Shown piece after piece: positions 51,181-64,000 of a stretch of 64,000 bases of DNA. The notes beneath the pieces are model-generated. The model was not told the DNA's origin, ran no database searches, and saw only the letters and a list, made by a program, of their open reading frames with translations. Every line of letters starts with the position of its first letter. Positions within the stretch are counted from its first letter, which is position 1. Origin of the DNA: Chrysomallon squamiferum (Eukaryota > Animalia > Mollusca); assembly GCA_012295275.1 (NCBI GenBank), contig CM022666.1:11470001-11534000 (forward strand), given 5' to 3'. Position numbers and translations under genes: made by a program.

Positions 51181-52353
51181 CTATGTAACGAGAGACGTTT
51201 CTTCTTCTCGTGTTTGCTGAGTTTCCGCCACGTCAAGTCGCACTGTGGTGAAGGACGTCTGAGACACTTCTATTTTCCTTCGAGAATTTCGAGATCGGAG
51301 AAAACATGCGATGTATATTTCAAAGAACACTTTTCTGAAATTGTCGCCGCAGACAAGGTACACAATCAAATTAACCGCAAAACTCAAGTAGTAGACAATT
51401 TGAAAAATGACCTGAATCATCTGGTCAACTGTTGGAGTGGACGAAAGTTGTTGTTCAAACGTCAGAAGTAGAATTCTTAATCGAATAATGTAACTTGGGA
51501 GGGTTAGTGACAGGAAGATGAAGGAGACTGCAAACAGCATTCTTGTTACTTTGGCTTGAGGCGAAGTCTTTTTGGAAACTTCTCGCCCATTTTGGTTAGA
51601 CTGTCGTAATCTGGTTTGTCGTTTGAATGATTTGATTAAACTATGAGTTATCAAAGCCATCAGTGTAAGAATGACAAGTAACGGTATTACTAAGCTTATT
51701 ATGGTGTCAACGTGAGTTAATATCCGTGTAATCTCGACGTATTGTGGATAATAGTTGCAAATTACAGTTCCGTTCACATTATTCAATCCCGTTATCCACA
51801 ACGGAAAGTGAAACAAGATGGCTCCTCCGGCAGAAAATCCTATTATGAAACCTTTTGCCTTCGATACAGTACAGAAACGTGAAACTGCAAACGGATGACA
51901 AATTCGAATATAATTCTCCACAGTGATAAGAACCATGAGCCAGACGGAAAGAAATCCACAGACATACGTTAAAAACACGACGCACTGGCAGACAACATTT
52001 GTGTGATAGAGGGACACACGAAATGCATCACCTAACCATGTGACAAAGAGCGCCAGAAGAAAGCCAATGTCAGAGACTGACCGGGCTGCCAGGTACAGAC
52101 TACAAGATGTCCACCTCAGAGGTTTGCTGACGAAAGTGAAAAATGCCAACAGATTTCCTAATGTTCCAAAAACAATGATCAAGGGTATAGATATAAAATG
52201 AAAGTGAGAGAGAACTGCTATGGCAACTCCATAATTAGCTGATGTATCTCCGCCTTGATCTGATGTTTTATTCCACAGCTGATTTATAATGCTGCTGCTG
52301 GTGAAGTTGTCAGCACTGCTAGAAGATAAGTTCGCCATACTTGTATTTAATTC
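51181..52353 (-). CDS. Class A (rhodopsin-like) peptide-receptor-like GPCR, main coding exon
   Basis: Seven hydrophobic segments; TM1 GN, TM2 LAARSVSD, TM3 ENY (DRY variant) followed by ICHP, TM6 LTLP, TM7 VNLIVY; N-terminal N-glycosylation sequons. The strong acceptor ttttcAG at 52354 makes the ORF-track N-terminus (to 52404) intronic. Confidence 0.93.
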   Translation of the reverse strand, partial: ELNTSMANLSSSSADNFTSSSIINQLWNKTSDQGGDTSANYGVAIAVLSHFHFISIPLIIVFGTLGNLLAFFTFVSKPLRWTSCSLYLAARSVSDIGFLLALFVTWLGDAFRVSLYHTNVVCQCVVFLTYVCGFLSVWLMVLITVENYIRICHPFAVSRFCTVSKAKGFIIGFSAGGAILFHFPLWITGLNNVNGTVICNYYPQYVEITRILTHVDTIISLVIPLLVILTLMALITHSLIKSFKRQTRLRQSNQNGREVSKKTSPQAKVTRMLFAVSFIFLSLTLPSYIIRLRILLLTFEQQLSSTPTVDQMIQVIFQIVYYLSFAVNLIVYLVCGDNFRKVFFEIYIACFLRSRNSRRKIEVSQTSFTTVRLDVAETQQTREEETSLVT

Positions 52354-54749
52354 CTGAAAAAGAAAAAGAAAATTTGTAGAATCTGTAAACCTTATCTTTT
52401 CCATGTTAATTTTAAAGTCTTAATTTAGAATTAAGTTGGAATAAAGTTAAATTCAAACCATTCAGTTTAATTCCAGCCAAACAGTTTCCTCTGAAGTGAT
52501 AAGCAGGATGCAAGGTATTTCACTGTTACAAATGTTTCACTGACTAATCATATCGCAAGAGAGCGCGAGAAAGCCAGTACGTGGTCGGAGAGAGACGTAA
52601 ACAACGTGACCACATGCGAATCGACCTCGCTGACCAGTGGTGATCTGAGCTGACTGGCTGAGCAGTCTGGTATCCGCAGAAAGTGAAAACACCTGCTGGG
52701 AGAAATGTCCAGTTAGCTTAGAGTCGGCCCTGCATCAAATAACAAAATAAAATTTTATAAGTTTTTTCATTTGATTTTAGTAAACAATGATGCTTTTTTT
52801 TCATTTGATAACTTTTCAAATTTATCCCACTCTAGGAATTTTCACTATTTTTTTAATCATCATTTTATTTACTGACGCCTGTGGAGACCAAATATGACGC
52901 CTGTGGAGACCAAGGCTACTGCCGAGTTGGATACATCGTCATTTCGTGTTCAGTGCTCATTAGCGTGAGGTTGTTCAGTCTGTTTTCATCCTCTGTGCTG
53001 GGCCTCCAAAACGCACCTACTGCTTCTGTTACAGTGCTAATCTGGCTGTGATGGTCTCATAATACTAAAACCTTTTTTCTCAGCGGATTTTATCAAACCG
53101 GATTGATTTTTGACCTGTAAAATATGCCTTCTTAGACAAAGAAGTGTCAATAATTACCGTTATTGTAATTCGTAACTGAAAGTCCAAGTACATAATAAAT
53201 TTATCATGAAAGTCAATAAAATCTCTAGAGAGAAAATGCCTTAATTAATTTCGCTAATACTGTAATTAGAATACGATACACTATTGTCTTTGTTTGCTCT
53301 GATCTAGGGAAAAGCACGCAGGTGGTACTACTAAATAATTGAAATTAGTACTGTTGCATTTCTGTTTCTGTTTACATATAAAACCTGAGGAGTATTTACA
53401 TTTGTGATCGTAGAAGTTTACACCCACAAAAATAACCTAAACTTTATATTTATTAAAATCGGATAAAGAATATTTTCTTGTTGCTACTTGAACAAAATGA
53501 TTTATCTGTTCCGCATATTGTGGAATTTCAGCTTTATCTAATAATTAATACATTTTTATAAACGTAATACTGAACATAAATATATAAATTTGACTTTGTT
53601 TTCATTTTCTTCATCCGAAATAAACTGTTAATAATAATATGTGAATAATTTTAGATGTCCTTAGCATATACATATCTTTTCAGCTATTTATACAGAATAA
53701 GCTATTGATACTATTTATACATAATATGTGGAATTACCATTTGCGAAATCTCATAATTGTGTAATCTGAAATTCGGAAATCTCAAATTATATGAAAAATA
53801 CACGAATAAAGAGACAAATTTCATTTAATGTTAGTCTACAGTTTGAGCGCGCCTTCTATCATCTGTGTAAGTAGACGAATCATGTAGACACTCGAGTCTG
53901 ACACTTGTATTATCATTTGTTGAGTTCTGGAAAAAACCCGCTGGGAGAAATTCACGCAGACATAACACAATGGTTTTATCCGTTTACACATAAACCCAAA
54001 GACCAAACACAAATACAGTTCAGATATGAAATTTAATACTCCCGCCTCGGACACTGGTTTTTACCATTACTTTAATCCTTAGCGCATCTGCGGCTGATCG
54101 GGTGATTTGTATCAATTTAATACTGAAATATAATCGAACAGGCCACGTATAAAGTAAGACAATTTAATGTATATATAATAATGAAAAAAAATCACATCGT
54201 ATATTATCAAATTTATATATTGTTTACAAAACATATTGTGTAATGCCTGGCTTACATGTTACAACATTCTTTATACATCTAATTGCTTGTTATCTAACGG
54301 ATTTGAGAAATAAATATAGCGATTCGCTGAGAAACAGCAATGTGTAAATATTTAGTCAGTTACAAGCATTATATGATGCGTAAGTATTAAAATTGTATTC
54401 ATTTTTCTGTTATATTCACGTAATTTCATTAAAAGATAAACATGCAGGTCATTTATCTGTTTCGAAATAATCTAGGTTATTTCTATCAAGTTGACGTTGT
54501 ATTTAACAAAGAAAGAAAGTTTAGTTTCCTGCTTGATGTATTTTCACAAGTCACACATTTAGATATATAAAACACTCAGATATCTCAAATATACTGGCTA
54601 TTACACACAGACAAACGCATATGCGCCTAAAGTATCTTAGAATATTTTACTATTTTCAAATGATTTAATGTTGGAACTAATTCATAAGCATTTAATTAAC
54701 CAAAAATAAACTGAGTATTGAAAACACATAAAAATAGTTTAGAACTTAC

Positions 54750-54752
54750 CAT
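54750..54752 (-). CDS. Probable GPCR start codon at the end of an upstream exon
   Basis: The minus strand reads gaccATG|GTAAGT. Splicing to 52353 gives in-frame MELNTSMANLSS... with an ACCATGG context. Confidence 0.6.
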
Positions 54753-55930
54753 GGTCGAAGAATTTATCCATCCAAGAGATTCCTGTACTAATAACACAGT
54801 GTGGATCTAAGGAAACAGCCGATACCAAACTCAGTTCTATTATTTCTCTTGAGCCAAGTCTCTCATAGTTGGTTTTGTGATTAATAGATCTACTGAATGC
54901 CATCTGTCGAATACACCAATCAGCTGAAGGGAAACAGCATTGACGAAAACTAATAGAAACGTCCACAAGTGTTGTTATTTACATAATTAAATGCTTTGAA
55001 ATGAAATGTAAAATTTTAAATTATTTATGGATATGTTGACTGTTAGCGTATTCTGGGATGAAAATTGTAAAGACTTGATTAGAGGAAATTGGTGTACCCA
55101 CTGAATTTAAGTGCATCTCTCTCGTTTTCATTCACGGGTCCAGATAGATACTGATACAGATACTTCCATGTGTGCATGTATCTGAGTAACTGAGAAGGCG
55201 TGTTTGTGTTTACGCGAGTGTGTTTCTGTGAGAGGAATGTTTCTGAAGGTGTTTTCAGAAGGCTTCAGGGGATGGACAGTGTCAGAAAAAAAAGTTATCA
55301 AACCTGAAACCAGAATTTACATATTATTCATCTGGGATGGTCTTTTATACTGCTAACCATGTTTTTATTTCTGTTCAAATCTAGGTTAATTTCATTACTT
55401 ACTTTCTGTAATTAATGTACTACCTATAGGTATAAATTGGTTCAAAACGCGTTAATCTTTAGTGAGTGCTGGTTATAAAACTTTAACGCAAAACAATAGT
55501 TATTATTGAAATGTATCGTCAAATACACATTTCGAAAATGTATGTATATCGGATACCAATGCTGCATTCATATGATATCGTCATTAAATGTGGCATTTAA
55601 CAAATAATATATATATATATATATTAAATTTGGTTTAAATAATTACCGAATTCATCAATGTTTTGCTCATTTCAATACTTTGAAAAATTTATTTTAAATA
55701 AGTAACTGTAATTATCTTACATTTTTAGAGGTTCCAGCAATAAAAATAAATAAATAAATTTTAAAAGATAACAGTTTTCTCGTGTTTAAACAAAACTATT
55801 TTCAAACAATTTAAGAAATTAATACGGTTTCTAAATTTCAATTTAATCCACAAAAGAAAACTAACAACCTTTTACTGAAGCCATTACCTTACTGTAATGG
55901 ATTTTGCATTAAAAAAACCCCAACCCCCCC

Positions 55931-55975
55931 CACACACACACAAACACACACACACATACACACACACACACCACA

Positions 55976-56020
<45 letters not shown>

Positions 56021-56022
56021 CA
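55931..56022. repeat. (CA)n microsatellite
   Basis: Direct read. Confidence 0.93.
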
Positions 56023-56501
56023 AGAAAATCCGGAAAACCCATCGAATCTAAGATCTGCGTAACAAAATGTTATTTGTTAGAAACCTGCTTGTTTGAGCAA
56101 GTGGCATCGTGTTGTCCACTGCTACTTTTTATTTTAGAATGTTAGAGACACTTTGTGTTAACTGAAATAACAGCTGACATGCCAAACCTAGCCAGTCGAG
56201 ACACTGGGTAGAACGAACACACTTCATGGTAAACAGTGAGGATTTTGTAGACACTGGGAATATAATCGTCTTATTAAATGTCATGGTGTATGCTTTCCTG
56301 TCTATGGAAAAGAAATCTGAAAAAAAAGATGTCGCAGCTAATCAATAGAGTATGCAAAATGAAGATATTTCTACAAGTTAGTTTATGCTAGAAAAACCTG
56401 GCAATAAAACCTGTTCGTTATTTTTAAAAATTCAATCAGATCCGTACATAATTACAGACTTTTGTGCATTTTTAAATAAAGTAAATTTTCAAATTCAGAA
56501 C

Positions 56502-56538
<37 letters not shown>

Positions 56539-56826
56539 GAATGAACTGTGATATTTTTTTACTTTAGACATAATCTGAACTTTCTGTAAATCGACATACC
56601 AACTTCTCGACAGAGTAATACTGCGACTTCTGAATTGCTTTGACCCTCTGTATTTATTAGTAGAGTTATATTCGTTAGTGTTGATATACTTTTTAAAAAC
56701 TCTGGCACCCTGTTGCATATGAATAAATAAGAATATATTCCTCGAAGGCGATTTAAATAATTAAATGAAATTAATACCTGCAAACGCTTCATTGATTTAA
56801 ACATGGTTTGAGGGAACACTTTACAT

Positions 56827-56827
<1 letters not shown>

Positions 56828-56910
<83 letters not shown>
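56828..56910. repeat. (CT)n microsatellite
   Basis: Direct read. Confidence 0.97.
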
Positions 56911-56913
<3 letters not shown>

Positions 56914-58522
56914 ATCATTCTCCATGCACTGAATTTTTAATAAGATATATTTGACCTAATTTTGTTCCATCAACAGGCAGCTGCTGTACTTGAGATTCTG
57001 CTCACGGATTTACAAATGTTCAAATTAGAGAAATATTCCTCTTGCTGTGTGGCATGTGAAAAAAAAACCGTAGTAAAAGAGGACAATTATCATTAGTTCT
57101 TCAAATAGCCCAATCAAATTCATCATGTTCACAAAGCACACGACAACGCCACGGGCGAGAAAAGCTATCGATCAGTCTCGGATTACCTCTGTCTGCCTGC
57201 AGTGGCCTGTCAAATGTAATTGTAAAGGACAACACAGAAATAAAAGGAGAAGTCCCCGAAGCATGGTATTTCAAAATATTTTAATTATAGTGTAGAAAAT
57301 TTGTACAGATCATGAACTAAAATACTGACTGTACTCTGTCAGCTATCTAATAACTTTCTACATATCACATGCACATGAAAATAAAGAAAACACAGATAGA
57401 AAAACACAGTGAGACAAGCAGACGAGTAGAGATGGACATTCAAAGACAGATAGACAAGCAGACAAGGAAAAATACACAAGCAGACAAGGAGAAATAGTCA
57501 GAAAGATAAAGATAAAAATGGAGAGATAGAAACACTCAAACATGTATATTAAAGCATATACAACCATAAATAAATTATGATTATTATGATATAAATGACA
57601 TAATGTTTATCAGTATTCGAATCACCAATTGTAAATACACATTTAAATACTTTTGAAAATATCCTATAACTTAAACATATGGAAATTGAAAACTTCGGTG
57701 TCCAATAAATTTATATCAGCACTTTTCTCAGCTTGTTATTTAATTATTATTTTAATGTCACATAATCACCTAAAAAATAGTCTCAAGAAACAAATAAAAA
57801 CATTTTACAACTTGTTCTTGCTATCTTTTTAATAAGATTACTTTACTGTGGTGAAAATGATGTATAAGAATGAAGATTGCATCAGGATAATCATGTTAGA
57901 AAGAAAAAAATTAAAATGAACACCGACACCATCTAGCGTCCTTATTTAATTTTATCCTCGTTGATGTTCAGTCGCGAGAACAAACGATCCGTTATTTTAA
58001 AAAGAGAATTCTAAACAAGTTTTGTTACTGTCACTAATATTTCAAAGTTTAACTAATTTGATTTAAGGGTATTACCGATTCGATATAATAGTTAGATCAC
58101 ATTCAAAGCAAAATAATGTTCAAGAACGATAACAGATTAAATTAATGTAGTCTTTTAAGCTAAGCCAAATGATATTAAAACCACTCGGAACAGTTAAAGG
58201 TTGACTCTGACAGTATGAATAAATGCTCTAATAAAATTCTTTATTTTTCCAAGTTATTATTTTATTATTCTGGGCGACCTATAAACGGTCAGTAACAAAG
58301 TATGACAGTAAAATAATACTGTTTCAAACAGTTTAGCATCGCTACTTTACCATTATTAACTGACAGTATACATTTCAAGGTGATTTTTATAATTTATCCG
58401 ATACAGCTGCAAAATTGTTGTTATATAGAATTTGGGATTCCGAACACTTTTTTTTTATCAGAAATATTGACCTGAAATGAAAAATCAAAATTTTAGAATT
58501 ATTATTATTATTATTGTTGTTG

Positions 58523-58560
<38 letters not shown>

Positions 58561-58799
58561 TTTTATTATTATTATTTGGAAATTTTTTAATTTATTTTTT
58601 TATATAGAAAAAATTGGTGAGTATAATAATGTCAAACTTTTATGAAATGTATTTGTTTTGCTGAAATACTCTTTCCTTTATTGCTAAATAAGATAGAAAA
58701 AGGTTTGTGTATATATATATATACTCACACAAATACATATATACACCTGTAAACGGAAAAATCACCCCTGCACACATTAGTATTGACGTATATACGATA

Positions 58800-59410
58800 C
58801 CACACTTAGTACTGACATAAAAATGCTTGATTTACTTAAATCTTGCACGATGGCCAATGTCTTTAAGTACGTCTGGGACAGTCTTGTCACGCCTGTCAGT
58901 GCACAGCTCTGACTGGAGTTTGTGGGTGTGGCATCTTACTTTGCTGGTGGCTCACCACGCAGGTCACGTTGTGGGGCAGTGGCAATCTGGGCCTGATCTT
59001 TCAGTATGCTGTCAGTGGTGCTCCAGATGCTAGGGTGTGCAATTAGCTTTGTTCCATCCTTCCTATATGTTGTTGATCCCCAGTCAAGAGTAATGGAATT
59101 GACGCCTTATCGGTGATGGGTACATAGGAGGCATATGATGTATCCTAAGTGAAGGGATGGATACATCTGGGACTTGTGGAGGCTGAATTCGACGGAAGGT
59201 TCCGGACACACAGGTTTTGTCAACGTAGTCGCAGAGAGGTTCGAGTCCTTCTGATGTGTGCTCCCGTAGATATGTCTATTCCGATATCGAAACCCTACCC
59301 ACAGAATGAATTTGTTTATCTGTACGGTTGCCGTTTGAAGTCTACCGACATCGTTGCGATGAAAGATATCACTGACTTCAAAGACATCAACATCGAACAC
59401 GTTTATTGAA
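58800..59410 (-). mobile_element. Highly decayed Tc1/mariner-like transposase remnant
   Basis: Minus-strand fragments resemble the Tc1 HTH region (DVFEVSDIFHRNDVGRLQ...RHIYGSTHQKDSNLSATTL) and the C-terminus (KIRPRLPLPHNV...CPRR). Many stops and frameshifts; GC-richer than flanks; TIRs not confidently identified. Confidence 0.5.
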
Positions 59411-60153
59411 CACCTGATGATAAACCTGTTAGTTTAGTGTATTTCTTGTGTACATGGATATCGAAATACTCCCTCTTGCCTGGTAAAGTAGAAAATACGA
59501 AAAATAAATCATAAAAACCTATGAATACTGAATTAGGAAAAAGATGCCAGGAAATGGCCAGAACGCAGACCCCTCGCCCAATTTTGCCCCGCTCCGAACA
59601 TCGACTAAGTGTTTTGTAAATAACTTTCAAAACAATTAGAAAAAATTAGTCCATCAAAACTTTAAATATACAGCATTCCATATAAGGACGCAATATATTT
59701 TTTTTTTTCATTTATTTGTTTGTTCACATGAAGATAGATGTTTCAGTGATATTAATGCTTTATGTTATAAAATGTATGCTTAAAAAATGATAAAAGGTTT
59801 ACATATGACCAGCATCTACTGATGGTGCCGTAAACTGCACGTTTCAATGCATGCGACGTCTTTGAGCTCGGTCAGAAACTCAGTGACAGAATTAAAAGGT
59901 TTCAGGATACTTCAGCTGTGTAATAAAATGAGCTTTTAGGTCCTACAAATAAAAAAAGAATCTAATAAAAAGTAGTTCCCGATGTTTCAACAATGAACGT
60001 CGGCGGACACAAAAGAATTTTTGCATCTAATAATTCCTGTTCCTCAGCCATCCTCACCAAACCGGAGAAACGCGAGCAGTGTTTGGTCCTTTCGCCGACA
60101 AAACTGACCTGGCGTATGAAGGCTTCAGTGCAACACGCAAATTCTGAAATTCA

Positions 60154-60154
<1 letters not shown>

Positions 60155-60215
<61 letters not shown>

Positions 60216-60436
60216 TATTACACAACATGAAGACACACACAATGACAACAAACACTTACAAACATACACACACACACACAAACACACAAAACATTTTAAT
60301 GAGCAGAAAAAATGTTTCAAAAAAAAAGAATCTAATAAAAAGTTAAAAAAATGCTTGTAATTACAGCTGCATTTTTTTTCTGAAAAAAAGAAAGAAAAAA
60401 AGAATAAACACACACACAACACACACAGACAAACAC

Positions 60437-60480
<44 letters not shown>

Positions 60481-60577
60481 AAAACATTTGAATGAGCAGA
60501 AAAAGTTTCAACCGTTAAAAAATGCTTGTAATTACAGCTGCATTTTTTCTGAAAAAAAGAAAGAAAAAAGAATAAAT
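60155..60577. repeat. Tandem duplication of a (CA)n-anchored unit
   Basis: acacacaaaacattt..aatgagcagaaaaa and aaaatgcttgtaattacagctgcatttttt..ctgaaaaaaagaaagaaaaaagaataaa each occur twice, each time after a CA run. Confidence 0.8.
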
Positions 60578-63129
60578 TCATAAACCTCTTAACATATGAT
60601 CACAAAAAAATAAAATAAAAAATGACACGAATATTTTTAAACTGTTATTATTTCTTTTTATATTATTATTATTATCATCATCATCGTCATTATTATTTAT
60701 TTTGCTGCATTTTTTATTATTAATTAAAATTGAAATGCAAATAAAACGTGCATAACTTGGAAGTTAGCAAAATATATTTAGAACATTTATCTAACTGTGT
60801 TGAATTTAAAAAAGAAAAAAGAAAAGAAGTGGGAGAGAGGGATATATTTTGACTCCATGTATCATTTAATAGAATGTAAATGTCCTGCTGGCTCGCATAA
60901 TTTCACGATGGTATAATGAGTAGACATCTGCTGTTAACAGCTGCTGAAGCAGGAGAGAATTATCACAAATTACTCTCTAATTAGTTATATTATTTTTAAT
61001 AAACAAACAAGCAGAGGACGTTTTAGACGAATTATAAAAATGTTTTAATACATAGATTAACGACTATAAAATGTGTACATAGGTCAGCATGCATTATTTT
61101 TATTATTATTATTACTGAATATTTTATATGCATTTTTATTGAATATAATAGAAATTTCTTTACTGAGCATATTAAAGATATTTTCTTTTTGGGATAGTGA
61201 GTAGGTTAGACGAGTAGAGTTCAAATTAAATATTAAATAATTTAGCCTCATTTGGAAAGTTTTCTTCTCGTCCCAGACGAAAACCTGAAATCCAATCTGA
61301 AATTCAGTGGTTAAATTTCTGAAAGGCTTATGGCAAGCCCACTGAAAACCCCCTCACAACACTGAATTTAAAGAATAACAAATCTAATGATAAACTAAAT
61401 TATTTCACAATAGCTGTGTGTATTTAGTAATACATCGATTACTGTATCTGTTCAGACGTTTATTGTAAAACAGGATATCTACATTAAGGTTAATTGTAGG
61501 CTTACACTTAACACATTTATTGATTTCTGGAGTGTAATTTATTTCCATTAATTCATTGTTTCTTCTTTGAAAAGAATAAAATGTTGCTTTCAGTTTATTT
61601 ATGTTTATTTCCGACTAATTTAATAAGCTAAGGTTCTTCTGATCAGGTAATCTTTACATTGTAGGATACAAAATATCTAATCAGCTCAAAAACAGATTGG
61701 TGAATTATTCCCAAACTCAACTATTTCTGTCATATATCTAATAATTATACAGGTAAAACAAATATTTTTTACTCTTACAGTCTGTAAGATTTTTTTTTAA
61801 ATTTAATCATAAGCTGTTCGAAATCCATTCTTTGTTTCATTTAAATAAGATACGATTTTCAATTATAAAATGTTTGGTTAGGAAAGAAAAATAAGCCAGT
61901 GGTTTCACCCGAGGGATGGCTTCTTTATTTCAAACCATTACACCATTAGTTGCACTTACCAGACGCCCCAAGATAACAACGAAGCCTTAATAATGACAAA
62001 TATAGATATGCAGAACATCAAAGAAAACCCACCGCTTCTTTTAACACAACTGTCTGTCACATCAAGTGTTCTTTCTTCTAAAACAAACAAACAAACAAAT
62101 AAATAAAATTTAAAAATTATGCCACAACAGAAACATACATGAGTTTAACGTTTTCTTATGCTCCCATTGTTTTGATATTTTTTTGTTGTTTTGTTTGCTG
62201 TTGGTTTTGTTTGTTGTTTTTTCTTCATTGTTTGTTTATTATTATTAATCTGTTTTAGTAATGTTTTCATATTTAATATAATTTTATTTCAACAGTTATT
62301 TAAACACAGTTCAGAAATATTTATTTTTTAATTTAATTTTATTAAAATAATCATAAAAATTAAAAACTTCAAATACATTTATGAAGACAAAATGAAATAT
62401 TCTAACATTTAATAATAAATAAATAAATAAATATGTACTTAGCTTTTATTCACTTTTATTAAAATAGTCATAAAAAAATAAAAACCTTCAATATGATGAC
62501 AAAATAAAATTATCAAAGAGTTACAAAAATATAATTAGACAGAGATTTAGCCAGTTATCCTTAGTAAAACCTTTGAAAATTCAACATTCATTCTTTGAAA
62601 TGTTTGTTTACAGATAAAATTTATACTTTATTACCTTTTTTATTTATTTATTATTATTACCTTTTTTTTTTTTTTTTTTTTTTGGATTGTACGGATTTTT
62701 AAAATAATTTTTTACATCCATTTTAAGATGGAAGCTGATTGTAACACGTAGTTCCTATCTTGAATGTGAATAAAACTATATTATGTAGCGGATATTCAAT
62801 CTGATCTCTGAATTTATAATGCTTTCTTAAAGGATGCTGACAATCAATAGTGAAACTTGAAAGATTTAATTTTAGGAATTGAAAAGATAGATATCTGAAA
62901 GAAAATGCTGATCACAGATTACGGAAATGTTTATCATGATCCAGCTGAATCTTCCCACGGTTCTGTCACTGCTCCTCACATTTTATTTGATTATTTTTTT
63001 ACAAAATGTTTTCTTGTATGTCTTCCATTGCTAATAGCTATAGCAGTTTCCGAGAAAAAGGATTTTCGTTTCAGAATGTGATAATTTTTTTACACGAAAG
63101 CATAAAAGTACGAATCCCCAAAGCCGTTT

Positions 63130-63132
<3 letters not shown>

Positions 63133-63217
<85 letters not shown>
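63133..63217. repeat. (CT)n microsatellite
   Basis: Direct read. Confidence 0.97.
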
Positions 63218-63220
<3 letters not shown>

Positions 63221-63776
63221 TTTTTATTTTATTTTATTTGTTTTTATTTAATTTTAATTTCAGAAAAGAGAACGAAAACATAATTTCACCTAACTAGATT
63301 TTGATGACAAAGAGATTAAAAATGCCTTATGATTTTTTTTTTTTTGCAACAGCAATTAATGTAAATGAAAGCATTTATTATTTTTATTTTTTTTTCGTGA
63401 TATAATTAATGTAAACAAATTTTTATGACTATAACTTTTAGCGAAAAAGTCAATTGCACTATTAAAAAACAGTTCCCATGATAATAATCTTTCTTACATG
63501 AAACTTGGTTTCCAAGTGGCGTAATGAAACATTTCATAAAGTACAGAAAATTATTTTTAAAATGAATGTACTGATCTGCCACAACAACTGTCACTGGAGA
63601 TAGAACTGACTGTATCAACATCCGGGTACGTCTTCGATAAATCTGTATATAAGTATACATGTATGTGTGTATGAATACATATGATAATTATTATTATTAT
63701 TATTATTATTATCATCATTATTATTATTTTTATTTATTTATTTTTTATTTATTTTTTTTTTATTTATTTATTTATT

Positions 63777-63815
<39 letters not shown>

Positions 63816-64000
63816 GTTATTTCTGAGACATTATTATTCTAATTGCTCTAGATCTTATAGATAAAAGATCTGCCTGAAACATAAAAAATGTATTTTGATG
63901 AAGGAAAGAAAAATAAAAATAAATGTTAAAAAACTATTTACATAAAAATTGATAGGAACTGAAGTATTTCCTTTAAAAACTTGTATTTAGAGTATTATTG

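Noticed and set aside
52873-52913. 22 bp tandem duplication tgacgcctgtggagaccaa
   Set aside because: Simple two-copy slippage in an intron with no sign of function.

Overview
AT-rich, microsatellite-dense animal genomic DNA. It is probably from a lophotrochozoan such as a mollusc, but that is inferred from gene and repeat style only. Four protein-coding genes were reconstructed by hand from GT-AG boundaries. (1) The 3' five coding exons of a neuroligin (+, 4128-11793; the 5' exons lie upstream of the window). (2) CEP19 (-, one coding exon, 164 aa). (3) A complete 22-exon mitochondrial alanyl-tRNA synthetase AARS2 (-, 31892-45846, 976 aa, all exon phases consistent). (4) A rhodopsin-family peptide-receptor-like GPCR (-, 51181-52353), whose start ATG probably sits alone at the end of an upstream exon (54750-54752). 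The window also holds two decayed Tc1/mariner remnants, a 45-46 bp intronic minisatellite, a compound 78/61 bp tandem array, local duplications and many microsatellites. There is no prokaryote-type system or CRISPR array, and I found no clear-cut novel system. The best leads are: tandem acceptors at the neuroligin splice-site-B-equivalent junction, a conserved PPDY motif in the neuroligin tail, an intronic hairpin next to a neuroligin donor, loss of the G3:U70-recognition motifs in AARS2, and a sharp CpG-depletion domain over the housekeeping genes.
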